Assembly: GCA_030704615.1 (NCBI GenBank)
Contig: CM060733.1
Span: 744,001-808,000 of the forward strand
Direction: 5' to 3'
DNA length: 64,000 nucleotides
From: Takakia lepidozioides
Lineage: Eukaryota; Plantae; Bryophyta
Part shown: positions 1 through 13,295 of the stretch, piece by piece
Layout of the letters: every line of letters begins with the position of its first letter
Position numbering within the stretch: the stretch's first letter is position 1
Notes under the pieces: model-generated
Told to the model about the DNA's origin: nothing
What the model saw: the letters and a program-made list of their open reading frames with translations, nothing else
Database searches by the model: none
Made by a program: the position numbers and the translations under genes

Positions 1-3000
1 TCGTGTGTATAATGTGTACTTTGGGTTTTATCTGTATGATAATGAACAACGCCATGTATGGAAACTGATAATGACATGGTTGTTTTTGGCATCTTAGGAT
101 GCCGGCCACAACCCCACGACGTTAATTCATGAAGTTCATGATCTTGTCATGAACCGGGATTTTGTTCCTTCGGAGGGGGGTGCGTATCAAAGGGACCCGA
201 CCCCGTCTGAAATGGCGGTCTCCGATGATGAGGACAACAATGACAATGGAATTATGCATGAGGATGTGGCAGCAATGGAGGACCTCTTAATGCATCAGAT
301 GGTAGATGAGGACACAGACTCTTTGAATGACATGGAAAAAGAAGCCAAAACTCCCTTATACGAAGGGGCCAAAGTGAGTAGACTTTCAACCATCTTGTTG
401 TTGCTGAATTTGCAAATCCGGTTTGGCATAAGCAATGTGGGTATGTCCGCCATAATGCGGACTATTGCGGACTACATCCTTGCCCCACATTTGAAGCCGA
501 GAATGCCACGATCAAGAAAAGAGGCAAGAGCAGCCTTGGATGCTGTGGGGATGGGCTATAAGATTTTTCATGCATGTCCATGTGATAAAACCCTGTACTA
601 CGGAGAGGATGCAAACTCACCAAGTGTCCAAAGTGCAACAAAGACCGATATCGGGATGATGTTCAGGGAAGAAAGCCCCGCGCAAGGTATACCCGCGCCA
701 CAATACACTTGTATATTGCATTCTACCTTTTTGCAACCGCTACAAGACGTAAGGTTTTACTTAGAGATATGAATGACACTGATTATGATATGGGGCCGAC
801 ATGGGGATGGTGCCAGAAAATGCACTACTTTCCAATCATCCCGCGACTACACTACCGAAGCCCCTCATTGGCAGAACTGATGAGATGGCACGCCTCGCAT
901 CGGAGCCCCCCGGGAAAGGTGTGCGGGCCACAAGATTCACAAGCATGGAGGCATACTGAAGAGATGTGTTTTCTCTTGGAGGACCCACGACATGTCCGCC
1001 TCGGCTTCTCCTCGGGGGGTCAACCCATTCTCTGTCCATCATGTAGTCATTCCACTTGGCCGGTGACCATGGTGAATTACAACATCCCCGTATCTTTCAA
1101 TAAAAAAAGGCCATATCATGTTGGCTGCCATTGTACCGGGTGAGTGTTCCCATTTCATGCTTATTATTACTTTGGATTTTACATTAATCTTCTTCTCTTT
1201 GGCGCAATTCCGATGGAAGATTGATGAGTGACGTAATCATGTAGTAAGATGTGTCATTCATTATGAAGTATAATTAGCATGGTGGAGCATTGAAACAATT
1301 AATGGTGTGAATGTCTCATAGGGAAAAAACAAGTGAAAGACATGGACACGTACTTGCGACCTCTAGTTGATGAACTGAAGGAGTTATGGAGGGGGGTCCC
1401 GGCATTGGATGCTTCACTTGACCCTATGGCCGGACAATCTTTTCAGATGAGAGGCATCTTGCTTTGGACAATGCATGATTATCCAGGTATATTATGTTCC
1501 CCATGAGAAACCCGCGTACATTTACCTGTCAAGGGATATTGATGAGGATTGGGATTGATTGAAGTAGCGGCGACAGTCTTCTGCACCGTAGTGGGGTAGA
1601 TGCACATGGAAACTTTTTGTCTTTCCTAATGTGGCGGAATGTCTACAGGACTTACTGTTTGCTCGGGGTTGAGCACTAAAGGGTACCACGCATGCCTGCA
1701 TTGTGGCGATGAACTTGATGCACAAAGCTCCAGCAATCTTCGCAAGATGGTGTATCCCAACTACCTTCCTATGAGCCATCATTGGAGAAGAAGAGACAAA
1801 CACTTGTTTGATGGCAAAGTGGAGTTACGTCCCCCACCTGTGACACCATCCGGGCACTTTTGGGAAGACCGATGGAAGGAGGCCCATCCGGAGGGGTCCG
1901 GTGAAGTGGAGGTGCCCGGCATGAAGCGGCTTTCAATCTTCTACGAGTTGCCATATTGGGCGGTACATATTCCACAAAAACACCATCAATATTGCTATGC
2001 ATGCATGTGATATTGCATGTTTTGTATGATTTCCATTGTCACTTTCACGACAAAATAGACGTGTAAGAATTTGTGGGTGGGGATATGTGTAGGACCTGAA
2101 GATTCGTCATCTTCTAGATCCCATGCATATTGAGAAGAATGTTTGCTCGTCCTTTTTTCGTGTTCTTCATGGCACGCCGGCAAAGAAGGGAGTGGCTGCG
2201 AAAGGAGATTCTCTCGGTGTTAGAAAGGAACTTGAGGAGCAGGGTCGCATGCCCCATCTATGGGCCGAAGAAAATGGTGTGGACCCAAAGGGTGTTGTAC
2301 GGTGGAAGTATAGGCGTGCACCTTGGCAATGGACAAAGGAGGAATACAAGAAAGTGATAGCCACCATAGGAGCTGTCCGAACACCAACTGGTTATGGTCA
2401 TCCCTCCGTATGAAGTTCAACGAAGACGGGGTCCATGGTTTGAAGTCTCATGACTACCACAATCTATTGCAAGACATTTGCCCATTGCAGTACGTGGGAC
2501 ATTGACTCCCGAGGTTCGCGAGACAGTCTATAGATTGGGAGCATTGTTCCGGTGGATTTGCTCCAAAGAGCTGGAGAAAGCGGACTTTCCACGCATGAAG
2601 AAGGAGGCGGCGGTGGTCATGTGTATGTTGGAGATGCACCTTCCTCCCTCCTTCTTTGACATCCAAGTGCACTTGGTAGTGCACTTAGTGGAAAGAGGCT
2701 TCGATTGCCGGCCCCGTTCATTCTCGGTGGATGTACTACCTTGAGCGATACATGAAGACTTTGAAAGCACATGTAAGACAAATGGCACACCGGAGGGTAG
2801 CATGGCGGAGGGGTATACATTGCAAGAGGCTATGTTCTACTGCATGGAGTACTTGGCAAGGGTGGATAAGGAAGCCCCTCCGATGTGGAAGGAAGATGAG
2901 GATGTACGAACCAAGGACATCGTTTTGCCCAAAAATTCAAGAGGGTAAAATTACCATCATGGTGATTAACCAAGCGCATGAGTTCATACTGAAGAACACC

Positions 3001-5581
3001 CATCCATACATGAGTGGGAGGCAAGATACAATAACCTTGTTCAGCAACGACAGGAGGAGACGGTTGCGTGGAGGCGGAACCATGCAAGGGCGACTACACG
3101 CGCTCCGCGAGCAAGGCCGGCGTAGGAATGTGCCTTCACAAGAAATTGCCCATGGAATTGTAGCCTCTAGTTCATTCCGCCATTGGCTTCGGACTGAAGT
3201 AGAGGGTAGCATTGCGAAAGGTGAGGTGGTTTCAGATTTGGTGCAAGACATTGCAAGGGGCCCCTCTCAATTTGCGACCTCATACACGGCGGTTTGGGTT
3301 CATGGTCGTCATTTCCGCATTCGTGCTCTTGACATGAAGCGCAAAACAACGTTTGATTCTGGCTTGTGTGCCCTCATATTGGCAAGACTTCGTGTGGGGC
3401 AGGGGAGATACACGACCTACCATGAGCACATTCAACTACTTTGGAGAGCTTGAGAGCATACTCCAACTTCAGTATACAAGGCACCAGCCTCTTATCTTCA
3501 AGGCAAGGTGATTCCAGCCACATCTTGTGGGGCCATCCGCAACAATAGTAGAAGACGAGTGTGGTTTCATGCGCGTCAATACAGATAAGCTCGAGTCTAC
3601 TCATCGTCCCTCTGATGAGCCTTTTTCATGGCCTTCAGACATGGAGCAAGTTTTCTTCTCCGGATTAGGAAATTGGAAGGTGGTTGTGCATGCTCAGCCA
3701 AGAGGAAGACGTATCTATCATGGTCGGGGATCTACATGGGGCGAGGCAAATGCGGAGGAGGAAGAGACTGGTCATGATGACGCTGATGTTGGCCGAGGTT
3801 GGATAGAGGGGGTACAAGAGAATGATGACGCCCCGGACAATGCATCCCGGACCCTATACGATGAGGCTCCATCAGATGCGGATGTTGGAGAAGAAGATGA
3901 AGACATGGTCATTGAAACCGAGGTGGAAGATGATTCAGATGTGCCTTTTGGTGACCAGGCCATTTATGACAATGACTCTGATGAGCAAGAAGACTTGCAG
4001 CTTGATGATGACGAAGAAGCTCCGGATGATGATGTTCAAGTCGATTAGACACGTAATCAAAGCTACATAATAATTCTCGCACATAATTGTACCCATCCCT
4101 TTGATTGATTGTACATGTACATGCATGTAGCATATTTCTATGATTGATTAATGAAAAATCCATGAAAAAAATCATTTGTAGGTGTGGCGATCTATGAATG
4201 ATTTTAGTGAAGTTGTGACTCGAAAAAAGACTCTAGGATTGTTGAGTTTTTGTACGAGGGCAAGAATGTTAGAAGACATGGTTCTTGTTCTACAAGTGTT
4301 GACCAAGACTTACCCCTGGAAACCCTTCAATCGATTTGGTTACCATGATATCGATGCAACAAAAAGAATCTTCGAAATTGGTGTGAAAGACAATAATATT
4401 GCAAAAGCCATTGCCAAAGCAATCTACCCTCAACCCTCTAATCCCATGGCCCTTCTCTTTTCCTTTCCTAGTGTCCCCACCCCCTCTTCTTGCCCTTTGT
4501 CTTTAATAATAAGGCCGCTCGGGTTGATCACGGTCTCCCACATGCAAGATAGACCTATTATATTGTAGCACAGAAGGAGGACTAAAAAGATTTGCAACAA
4601 TGGATCCATTCAGGTTGGCCTCTGCTATGACCTTTGCAAAGACACAGAAAAGAAAATCTTGCGATTCCCCGCCGTCGCAGACCTGTTGGGGCATCGTTAT
4701 GCCGTCGCAATACCGTCGCAAGGCGACCCCTAGAGGTCGCAACCCCCTGCATTTACAATATCTATGATTGCGGATTTTTCCTACGCAATGATTTTTGTTT
4801 TAGCTCTATTTTGTTCTGTGAATGCAAACCCCATACCACTACATCCATGGAAAAAATTGGACCAAACAAAAATAAAAAAAACAGAGTTTCCTTCACTCAC
4901 TATTGCGGAACTCTCTATGGAGAGTGCATGAAGTTGAAAAGAACTCAACTTTGGAGTGCAAATGAGGGAAGAAAATATGGTTTTCAGTCCAAATGATGTT
5001 TGTTCACTCCCAAAATGTGCACACGCATTGCAAACGCTGTCATTAAGCATATGGTCCAATAGTTTGCACGGATGTAGTGGTGCAAGGGTTGAATTCACAG
5101 AACAAAACACAGCAAAAAAAAAAATATTATGTAGCAGCAATCCCCAATCCTAGACCCCCATGCAAGAGGGCACTTGCGACGCCCCAGCAGGCCTGCGACT
5201 ACGGGGAATCGCAACGTCGCCATTGTGGCATTGCTGCGACGTTGGAATGTCGCAATCCCCAGCGCAAGCTGGCTCGGCCCTCCCCACGCGCCTAAGTGTG
5301 AGGGGTGTTGTTGCGATTTCCGGGCGTCGCAGCCTTGCGGGAGCGTCGCAGAGGGCACGTGCGACGCCCGGGCGTCGCAACCCCCAGCTTGCTGGCGGGT
5401 CATGCCCCAACTGCAGCGACGTACCTGAATCGCAAGCTGGCGAAGCGTCACCAGAACGGCGTTGCAGCGACGCGCCGATGTCGCTATTTCTGGGCCGAGC
5501 GCCTACGCAGCCGCAAGAGGGTCGTCGCGTCTGGCGCGCTCGGGGTCCCGGCGTCGCTAACCCCCCCTAAACGTAGTAGTG
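1..5581 (+). mobile_element. CACTA/EnSpm DNA transposon (right part; left end outside window)
   Basis: Transposase remnants at 149-4048, dense GCGACG/CGTCGC subterminal repeats (4660-4750, 5170-5560), and terminus ...CCCCCCCTAAACGTAGTAGTG ending at 5581 (reverse complement CACTACTACG...). Confidence 0.9.
149..4048 (+). pseudogene. CACTA transposase (Transposase_21/TnpD-like with DUF4218/DUF4216-like regions), spliced and frameshifted
   Basis: Motifs across frames: FHACPCD; PRHVRLG..HSTWPV..NYNIP; DMDTYLRPLVDELKELW; RGILLWTMHDYPG; LDPMHIEKNVC; GLKSHDYHNLLQ; LEMHLPPSFFDIQVHLVVHL; MYYLERYMKTLK; DECGFMRVN..DEPF..EQVFF. GT-AG introns at about 1140-1321, 1487-1649 and 1962-2092. Several single-base frameshifts. 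Confidence 0.88.
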
Positions 5582-5910
5582 TCTGCTGACGTAAAAGCCT
5601 AATTAGTTGTGACATAGAAGTCATGTCTGCCATCCATGTCAGCGGCTGTGCAAGAGTGACACGTGCTTGACACAGAAAATGACACGTGGCAAAATGTTCG
5701 GTCTCCATGACTGTGAACTATGACTACGGGCGTGCTAATCCAGTTGCAGCACGTGGGCGTTGCAGTTTTTACACATGGTCCCTCACAAGATTGACATGTG
5801 TCATGATGGGTGTTTTAAGATGTATTTCTACACATTTGTATTTCTGCCACGTGGAGCATTACTATTGGAGAGTGAAAATAAATACAGTCATTATTATGAC
5901 TATGGTAGAA
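5582..5910. repeat. ATGACTA/CACGTG-rich subterminal-type repeats (reverse orientation of those at 19270-19997)
   Basis: TGACTAC/ATGACT and ACACGTG motifs match the reverse complement of the GTAGTCAT arrays near 19.4-20 kb and 27.6-27.9 kb. Confidence 0.45.
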
Positions 5911-6340
5911 GTCGTATATACATACATATATAATGAACACCTGGATAGAGGCCCTGGAAATTTTATTATATAAAAGGGACGAGAAGTACATAAGGAAAAA
6001 AATAACCTCAAACCTAGGAAGGCCCTGCTTCAAGACCAGAGGCAAAAAGCTGCAAGAGAAGTATTAAAAACTAAGCAAGGAGAGTGCACCAAAGACTAAG
6101 AGCCAGGGCCAAGGAGGTAGAGGCCAGGCTGCGCAATGCAGCCCAGCACAAAAGTGCCAGAAGAGGCATTGTGGACTCTCTCTCTTGATCCTCTTCCAGA
6201 AGCTGTGGTCATGGTTGAGGTGCCCAATTTTATCAACTGTGCCGCTGCAGCTGCTGCCTTTAGTTGACCATCTACCCATGCATGTTTCTTGTAGCTATTG
6301 ATCCACAAGGAATCATATGTAATCTTGTGCTTGGAAATCT

Positions 6341-6685
6341 GTGCCCACACTCTACCCCTGCTCCTTCAGCTATCTATGCCTTTGCACAAATCATGCATAC
6401 ATCATTGCCTTGCTGCTAGCAACTGACAATGATAGCCTAGATTTGTTCTACGAAACACCCAACTCAACTTATTACACTAGTTCCTATGCTCAATTGCATC
6501 TGCTACTCTCTGGACCCACACTCTATCCCCGCTCCTTCAGCTATCCAATATGCCTCTGCACAAATCATGCATTCATCCTTGCCTTGCTAGCATCTGACAA
6601 TGACACCCTATATTTGTTCTAGGAAACATCCAACTCAGCTTATCACACTAGTTCCTATGTTGAATTGAGTTTGCTACTCTCTGTA
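6341..6685. repeat. ~170-bp tandem duplication
   Basis: CCCACACTCTAcCCC..GCTCCTTCAGCTATC...CACTAGTTCCTATG occurs at about 6345 and 6515. Confidence 0.75.
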
Positions 6686-7004
6686 ATCCAACAAGCATTC
6701 ACCTTTTTGCCTCGATTGTCCCACCATTGACTGGGGTCAGAAAAGTATTCATTCCACAGCTCCTCCTCGTCTCTGGTACCTGTAAATCTGGATACTTTCA
6801 TGTTGTCACATTGGCAATATCATGTCAAAGTCACTCCAAACTATTTAAGGTTCAGTCAACCAGCTAACTTGCAGAATTCAACATGAAAATTTAGGGCCGA
6901 AAAACAGGGTGAAATGTGTTGAACAAGGTACCTTGATTAGCAGTGTCTGATTTTATCAATTGTGTCGCTGCTTCCGCAGCTTCCAGTTGACCATCTACCC
7001 ATGC

Positions 7005-7497
7005 AGGACCTATGATGGACCTCTGTGCCCTTTCCCAGAGCTGCCAGGCTCGCATTGGGCAAACATGTCCACCTGGGCATAGTTCAAATGACATCTGGTA
7101 CAATTCCAGCTTTGACATTGACACCATGGACCTCTGCTCCATTTTCCAAGGCTGCTTGGCTCGCATTTGGCATAGATGTCCACCAGAGCAGAGTTCAGAA
7201 TGACATCTGGTACATTTCAGCTTTGACAATATCACCGTGGACCTATGCGTCCATTCCACAGCTGTCAGACTCACATTTGGCATACATGTCACCAAGGCAG
7301 TGTTCAAAATCAGATTTGGTGTACAGTTCCAGCTTTGACAATGTCACCATGGACCTCTACTCCCTTTTCCAGGGCTGCCAGGCCCGCCTAAACTTGTGTT
7401 CAGAATCACATATGGTACGTTCCAGCTAATTTGACGATGTCACCATGGCCTTTGCTCTCTTTTCCAGGGCTGTTAGGCTCACATTTGGCATACATGG
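7005..7497 (-). pseudogene. Degenerate PPR-derived tandem repeats (PLS-type PPR fragment)
   Basis: About five ~100-bp units resembling 'SLAALEKGKEVHGDIVKAG..DV'. Similar to the PPR fragment at 26.7-27.3 kb, with shared adjacent sequence (6860-6928 vs 26600-26684). Confidence 0.65.
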
Positions 7498-7699
7498 ATT
7501 TTTATTCCCATAATTCCTTAGTAAAAGTAGCTGACCCATTTTCCAGGTCGAAATCTGGCGATTTTTCGCCAGATTAAAAAACACTGAGGTGAACATAAAT
7601 TCAATTCAAATTGTAATTGAATTAGCAATGAGTATGGCTGGATTGCTATTTGAATATGGCTGGATTGCTTACCCTTTTTTAGGGATATTGGTTTTTTCT

Positions 7700-9097
7700 T
7701 GGTATCTTAGAGTGAGATCCCACGGTCTACAGGGGTTCCGAATGATAGCAAATCGGCCTTGCAACACACCAAATGCCCTCTCTACATGTTTGCGGGCAGA
7801 TTCCTGCAGCATAGCAAAATGTTGTCTCCTCTCATCCTCAGGCTCATGGAACGTTTGGACAAAGCACGACCATGGATGGTAGATACCATCTGCAAAAAGT
7901 AATATCGAGGATAGACATTGCCCATGATAGTGAAGCTGACATCAATGGCAGAACCCCTCAACAAATCTGCAACTAGCAGCGAACAATCAAGAACATTGAT
8001 ATCATTGTTCCTGCCAGGTAATCCAAAGAAAGCATGCCAAATCCACAAGTCCTGGGAAGCTATAGCCTCAAAAATGATGCTCATATTGCCATCCTTGTCC
8101 TGGTATTGATGTTGCCAGACCACAAGGCAATTCTTCCATTGATAATGCATGCAGTCAATATAAGCGAACATACCAAGAAAGCCTCTGTCACTGTTGATTT
8201 TCATCTGTTTTGTCGGAAGCAGTGCGCTGACGAAGGTACATAGCCTCAAAGCAAATGCGAATTCCAAAAGCAAAAGTGTTTCATGGCCTGCATAGCAATG
8301 CTCTCTGCCAATCTGCAATACTCATATGTGGCATTGGCAGTCACACCATAGGCAAGCATTCGCAATGCAGCAGTACATTTTTGAATGCTAGAGAAATCCA
8401 TGATACCACACCCATCAATCATCTGCTGAAAGTAAGCATCATGTGCAACAAAGAGTGTCCCTGATCTTCACAAATAACCCTCGTTGCATCCGGTAACGCC
8501 GCCTGAAAACCCGTTCATCATACATAGATGTAGGCAAAAAATAATCTTGATATATCCTCTCATGGCCCTGCTACCTTTGCCTTTGTACATTGGGGGCCTT
8601 CCCCAATCTCGAACCACCTCTACGCTTGGGTTCTGGCTCATCAAAGGCAGAAGTAGCTTCATTTAACAACATATGCATGAAGTAATCATCTTGTTTGTCT
8701 TCTTCTAACTCTTCCCTAATGACAGCTTCTAATTTGTCATTCACCTCACACCTCCAGTCATCCATACCTGCAAATACTGTGTAGAAATTGAAAGCACAAT
8801 GGTACAAAGGTGAGCCATGTAGGGAAAGCAGGGATGACGAAGGTTGAAAAATGCTAGACTCAAGAGCTGCGACGGGGATGATGAAGGCAGGCGGCCGGTG
8901 GGGAACATGGTCGAGGAGCGTATGAGAATGTCGCCGGGAACTCCAGCAAGGCGGGAACATATGATACAGGGGTGTAACGAGGGGCAAGGGTGTTGCTACG
9001 AGCAGCCGACCCCTTCACACACCTTTCGAGGGTCCTAAACCAACCCCTTCAAAATAGCCATAGAGAGACCATTTCAATGAGAAGGGTGGGGATGCTC
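7700..9097 (-). mobile_element. PIF/Harbinger transposon with decayed transposase
   Basis: Minus-strand peptide RGFLGMFAYIDCMHYQWKNC..WQHQY..IIFEAIASQDLWIWHAFFGLPGRNNDINVLD, then YP.WS.FV and RKHVERAFGVLQ.RFAI (Plant_tran type). Terminus GGGTGGGGATGCTC followed by TAA at 9084-9100 (Harbinger-type TIR with TAA target). Confidence 0.85.
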
Positions 9098-9195
9098 TAA
9101 GCTGTATAGAGTATATCACAAGCGAAGTATAATGACACTCCACCATTGTCTACTAAATGCAAGGATGGGCCTGACATGTTCATGATGATAAAGTA

Positions 9196-9911
9196 GGGTA
9201 GAAGCACCATTCATGGCTCATGTGCCCCATAGTGGCGCTCAAAAGTGCGCCCATGGTGCAAGAATGTATGCCCAGTTTTGGGAACGTGTCAGGTGGGGTG
9301 CGCCATGATAGGCCAGCAAGCTTACCCAAAGAGGAATCAACTACAATACACCATTCATGAAATCATTTTACACTCAAATTATACTAGGTAGATGAACTTT
9401 ACTGAAAACTGTTCCAACTACAAAATGTTGGGGCTCATCAAGAGCTTTCCAATGGTATCTTTATTTCCTAAAATGGTTAAAATGGTTAAAATCCAAGGTA
9501 CCAAACGAGCAATATATCTTTTGCGCCATGATGGGCCCACTTGTTTTACCCTTAAATTGCTATAGATAGATGTCCTCTAATGAAAATTGCTCCAACTACA
9601 AAAAGATGGGCCACGTTAAGCGCTTTCCAATGGTATTTTTGGTTTGTTTTTTGGTTACCATCTCAGGTAGAAAAGATATTAATGAGATATGAATGAGGAA
9701 CAAGGTTCGCCAGAGGCTGACTGTCATTGACATCCTCTACTTCTATCCACTTTTAATAGCAGATAAAGTCAGAATCTCGTTTAACTTAACTAAGAAAAGT
9801 TGTGTTATCTTAAGAGCTTTCTGTTAAGGTATTACATGATCTCATAGGTTAAAAGCACAAAAAGTTATTATATTTACCCATTTTTCTGCGCCATGAAGAG
9901 TGCTTTTACCC
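9196..9911. mobile_element. Non-autonomous Tc1/mariner(pogo)-type MITE with TA target duplication
   Basis: TIRs GGGTAGAAGCACCATTCATGGC (from 9196) and GCCATGAAGAGTGCTTTTACCC (to 9911), each flanked by TA. Internal repeated block CCAACTACAAAA...GCTTTCCAATGGTAT. Confidence 0.8.
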
Positions 9912-10338
9912 TAGATTCCAAAGCAAGGGGATTATGGGGCATCACACGGCTGTCACATTTCGACATTTCTTAACGACGACCTGATCGCTGACGCCATTAG
10001 TTACTGGAGGACGAAGGTCGTTAAGGTGTGATGTTCATTTCCGTTTTTGTTTGTGGCTTTGACTGAGGTGCTTGGTGGCTTGTCGACAAACGACTATGAG
10101 AGGGTGCCACGTGTTCTCGTCACTTGCGAACTCAGATTATATTTGGAAGATTCCAGGAACTGAAAAGTGGGGCGGGTGCCGGGACTCAACCTTAGGCCGG
10201 CGACACCCCGGCCTGTATGCCGGCGAACTTGTCAGATCCCGAGGCTGCTCCGTCCACTATAAAAGCTGGCCAGGTTTTGTTGTATGTACCCAGTCTCTGA
10301 GGAGATTTGCAAATGTGCGTGGGAGTGGGGCAGGGAGC

Positions 10339-10453
10339 GAGAGAGAGAGAGAGAGGTGAAGGTTTTATGTCATGTCATGTAGAAGGAAATTAGGAGAGCT
10401 ATTAGTGTAGTGTGCTGTGTGTGTCTGTGTGAGAGAGAGAGAGAGAGAGAGAG
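10339..10453. repeat. (GA)n/(TG)n microsatellites downstream of a TATA-like motif
   Basis: GA runs at 10339-10355 and 10431-10453; CTATAAAAG at about 10257. Confidence 0.6.
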
Positions 10454-12844
10454 TTGGCTCTTTGTCCAGAGCCGACCAGATATCAGTCTAGGTGATCGAT
10501 CCAAGGGAACCGGCATCACGGTGCAGCCGAAGGTACAGATCGCTTGAACTGGAGATCCAAATATGACTCACTGGTTCCTAAGGACAGTACAGTCTCTGAC
10601 TTCTCGCAACTTGAGTGCCAGGCAAGTTCGGGCTTCAGCTCTATTGACAGAGGGAGGACGAAGATGTGGGCACTAAGAGATGCGGGACGTCAGACACTGT
10701 CCCTTCCTTTGGATCCTTTAAAGCTGCAAATGCAAGATGAAACAGCAGCATCAGCCATGTACTGAATCCCTTCTAGCAGGAAACTCTGAAGTGTTTGTTG
10801 GGCTTGCGATTACTACTCCGGGGACGGATGTTTCCCTCCATCTGGCTCCCTGAGAACTTCTTTGTCCCCTGGGTTCTACATGAATAGCCTTTTAGAAGAT
10901 GTCTCTGAATCGCAATTTAGGTACAGATTTGGTTCCTCCGTCCAAGTTGTGGAGTATAGGCTTGAACTTATATATGACTTACACATACTAGAATATTGAC
11001 TGCTCACATGTGCAGCGCCGATGAGGAATCCAGTTTCATGGGATTCGAGTATTCTGGAAGTGCGCTACTAGATCGACATCTTCAGAAGTGTGCAATGGCA
11101 TAGTCCGATTCGCCTACATGGCGTGGCACTTTAGTAGCACAGCCCCTATAGCTAGAATAAAGCGTGGAGTTTCTATCCATTTGTAGCTCAAGTAATGACA
11201 TGTCTTGCAATCACCCGAGGTCAGTTGTTTGCAAGCAGTCTATCACATCGCCATCGAAGCGGTGCAATTCAAGCCAGTTTACAGGCTCGTTACTCTACAA
11301 GGGTTTCGTGCAGTTGAATTGCGAGTTGCCTGAAGTGGGCACAGTCATCTGGGTTCGCCTGCTTCGATTGGAAATAGCAGTGCCTGATATGCAATTTAAG
11401 TTCACCTAATTACTATGTTCACGACTCGAATGATGTGCACGCATGACATGTCAACTCAGCCTCATTTGTGTCTCTGCGAAAATCTATTGTAATCCATCGA
11501 AGCTCTGCAATTTATCCCCTCAGTACTTTAGGACGGTTTTATTGAATCGCAAACCAAAAACCTTTTGTACATACTTCTTGAGAATGATACAGATTTTGCT
11601 GATAGAAGTCGGTGATGAACTGAACGAACTTGGGTCACCGGAGTTTGACCAAACGTCATGTGCTCTCTAAAAAGTAATTTGCAACACCAAAAATGGAGAC
11701 CCTCAACACCTCTCCATTACTTGAAAGGAATCATTTATCTGCTTCATGAATACGTCACTGGGACATAGAGCGAATGAAACCAGCTCTCACCTCCATATTT
11801 TCGCATAAGGCACTTCCGCTGGCGTTCCTGCGTGCTCCCATCGTTATGTACATTCCCAGAACGTGATGCCCCCATGAGTATGATTAGAAACAACTTAGTT
11901 AACCATATTTACTGGAATTCTCCTTGATTTCTCTAGACAGTTGACATGATTGAAAATTCCCTCGCAATCTCGACAGCAGAAGAATAAGATAGATATTAAC
12001 GGTTAGAAGAAATTTTCCAGCATACACAAACCGTACTGAAAACCGTTCGTAACGTATTTTTCTAATACAAAATGTTACCCTTTCGTTTACATCGGGAAAT
12101 GGCAGCGGTGCAAGTAGTGGGCATTCGATGACCCGCATGAGGCTTTGTGCGGCTGTCCCACCACGACGGCCCGAATGTTGGTGGTGAACAATAGCACTGA
12201 TGCACTATGAACCGCGCCAAATGGCATGTACAAGAGTGAGGTTTTGATATGGAAACAGATAAGATTTAAAAATGTCACTGATCTCCACTTGATCCGCTTG
12301 CCAGCGACACGCAGTGCGGTGAGTCAACGATTTCACTTCAGCAGCCTTGGACACTGGAAAGTTATACACGCATGAGAGGATAAGTTATATTTGTGCAGGG
12401 CAGGTGGGACCCCGAGCTCCTATTTCGCAGGAAGGTCCATATCTACACATGGTCAACAGCTCAAAATCATCCTGCCTTTCTGCCCTTCAGCTCAGCGGCG
12501 CCCAGCGACTTGAAGGCAACAAGGAAGGGTCCACGATGAAGCAATCACACGATTCTCGCCGAGCAATTCTGGCCCTCTCAGTTTTCTAGACACGCCCGAG
12601 TTTGTCAGTTTCCGAGTCCTCACTCTGCTGGCCTCACGATTCTCCAGCGTGCCCCTCACCTGTCCGCCCGCGCTCCACTCGAGAGTATCCATGGATGGAA
12701 GATTTGAAATTGGATGGACGTCGTTCATCGTTAGCTTGACCTGGTGGAGATTGACCTCAGGTGAACAGAAGATGGATGAGTCTCGAGCGCAACGTCATCC
12801 ATGATAAACTCTTTTTTGAGAGATATGGTTTTTATTTTATCATT

Positions 12845-12972
12845 TTGTTTTTTTTTTAATAAAAGGGGATGGAAGCCCTGTTGCTCAAATTAAAAAAGGA
12901 TGCGGGAATAACCCCACTCAAGCCATGAGGTGAAACTTGAATCTTGGGAACCTCCCAAGCCACCGAGTGGCC
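12845..12972 (-). mobile_element. Possible SINE-like fragment with poly(A) tail
   Basis: T-run on + strand at about 12848-12857 and a B-box-like GATTCAAGT on the minus strand; degenerate. Confidence 0.35.
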
Positions 12973-13109
12973 TTTATTTTATTTTTATTTTATCATTATA
13001 AGCTTTGACTTCAAAACTACAAAATTGTTGTACTACACTCTACCATCTTACGCGTGGGGAGTAGAGACAAAATAACACATATAATAGATATGGGAATAAT
13101 TACCTCACT

Positions 13110-13295
13110 GCAAAAAGACATTTGGGCTTGCTATCCGTTGAGGTGGAGAACTTCATGAGAGTGAGAGCACGGGTTAATTGGTTTATGAAAGGGGAAAAGA
13201 TGAACGCCCATTTTTTCCTCAAGACTAGGCAACGGAGGGAGGCTACGCAGATCAGCTCTATCTCAAGTTCCAATGGTGAGAAGATTGTCAAACCT
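13110..13295 (+). mobile_element. L1-like LINE ORF2 fragment (endonuclease-RT linker)
   Basis: RVRARVNWFMKGEKMNAHFF...ISSISSSNGEKI resembles the LINE 'RSR..W..EGD.NT.FF' motif. Confidence 0.6.

Noticed and set aside
5077-5708. Several overlapping GC-rich ORFs
   Set aside because: Artefacts of CACTA subterminal CGTCGC repeats.
10250-12800. Protein-coding gene downstream of the TATA and GA repeats
   Set aside because: Promoter/5'UTR-like appearance, but no ORF with recognisable homology.
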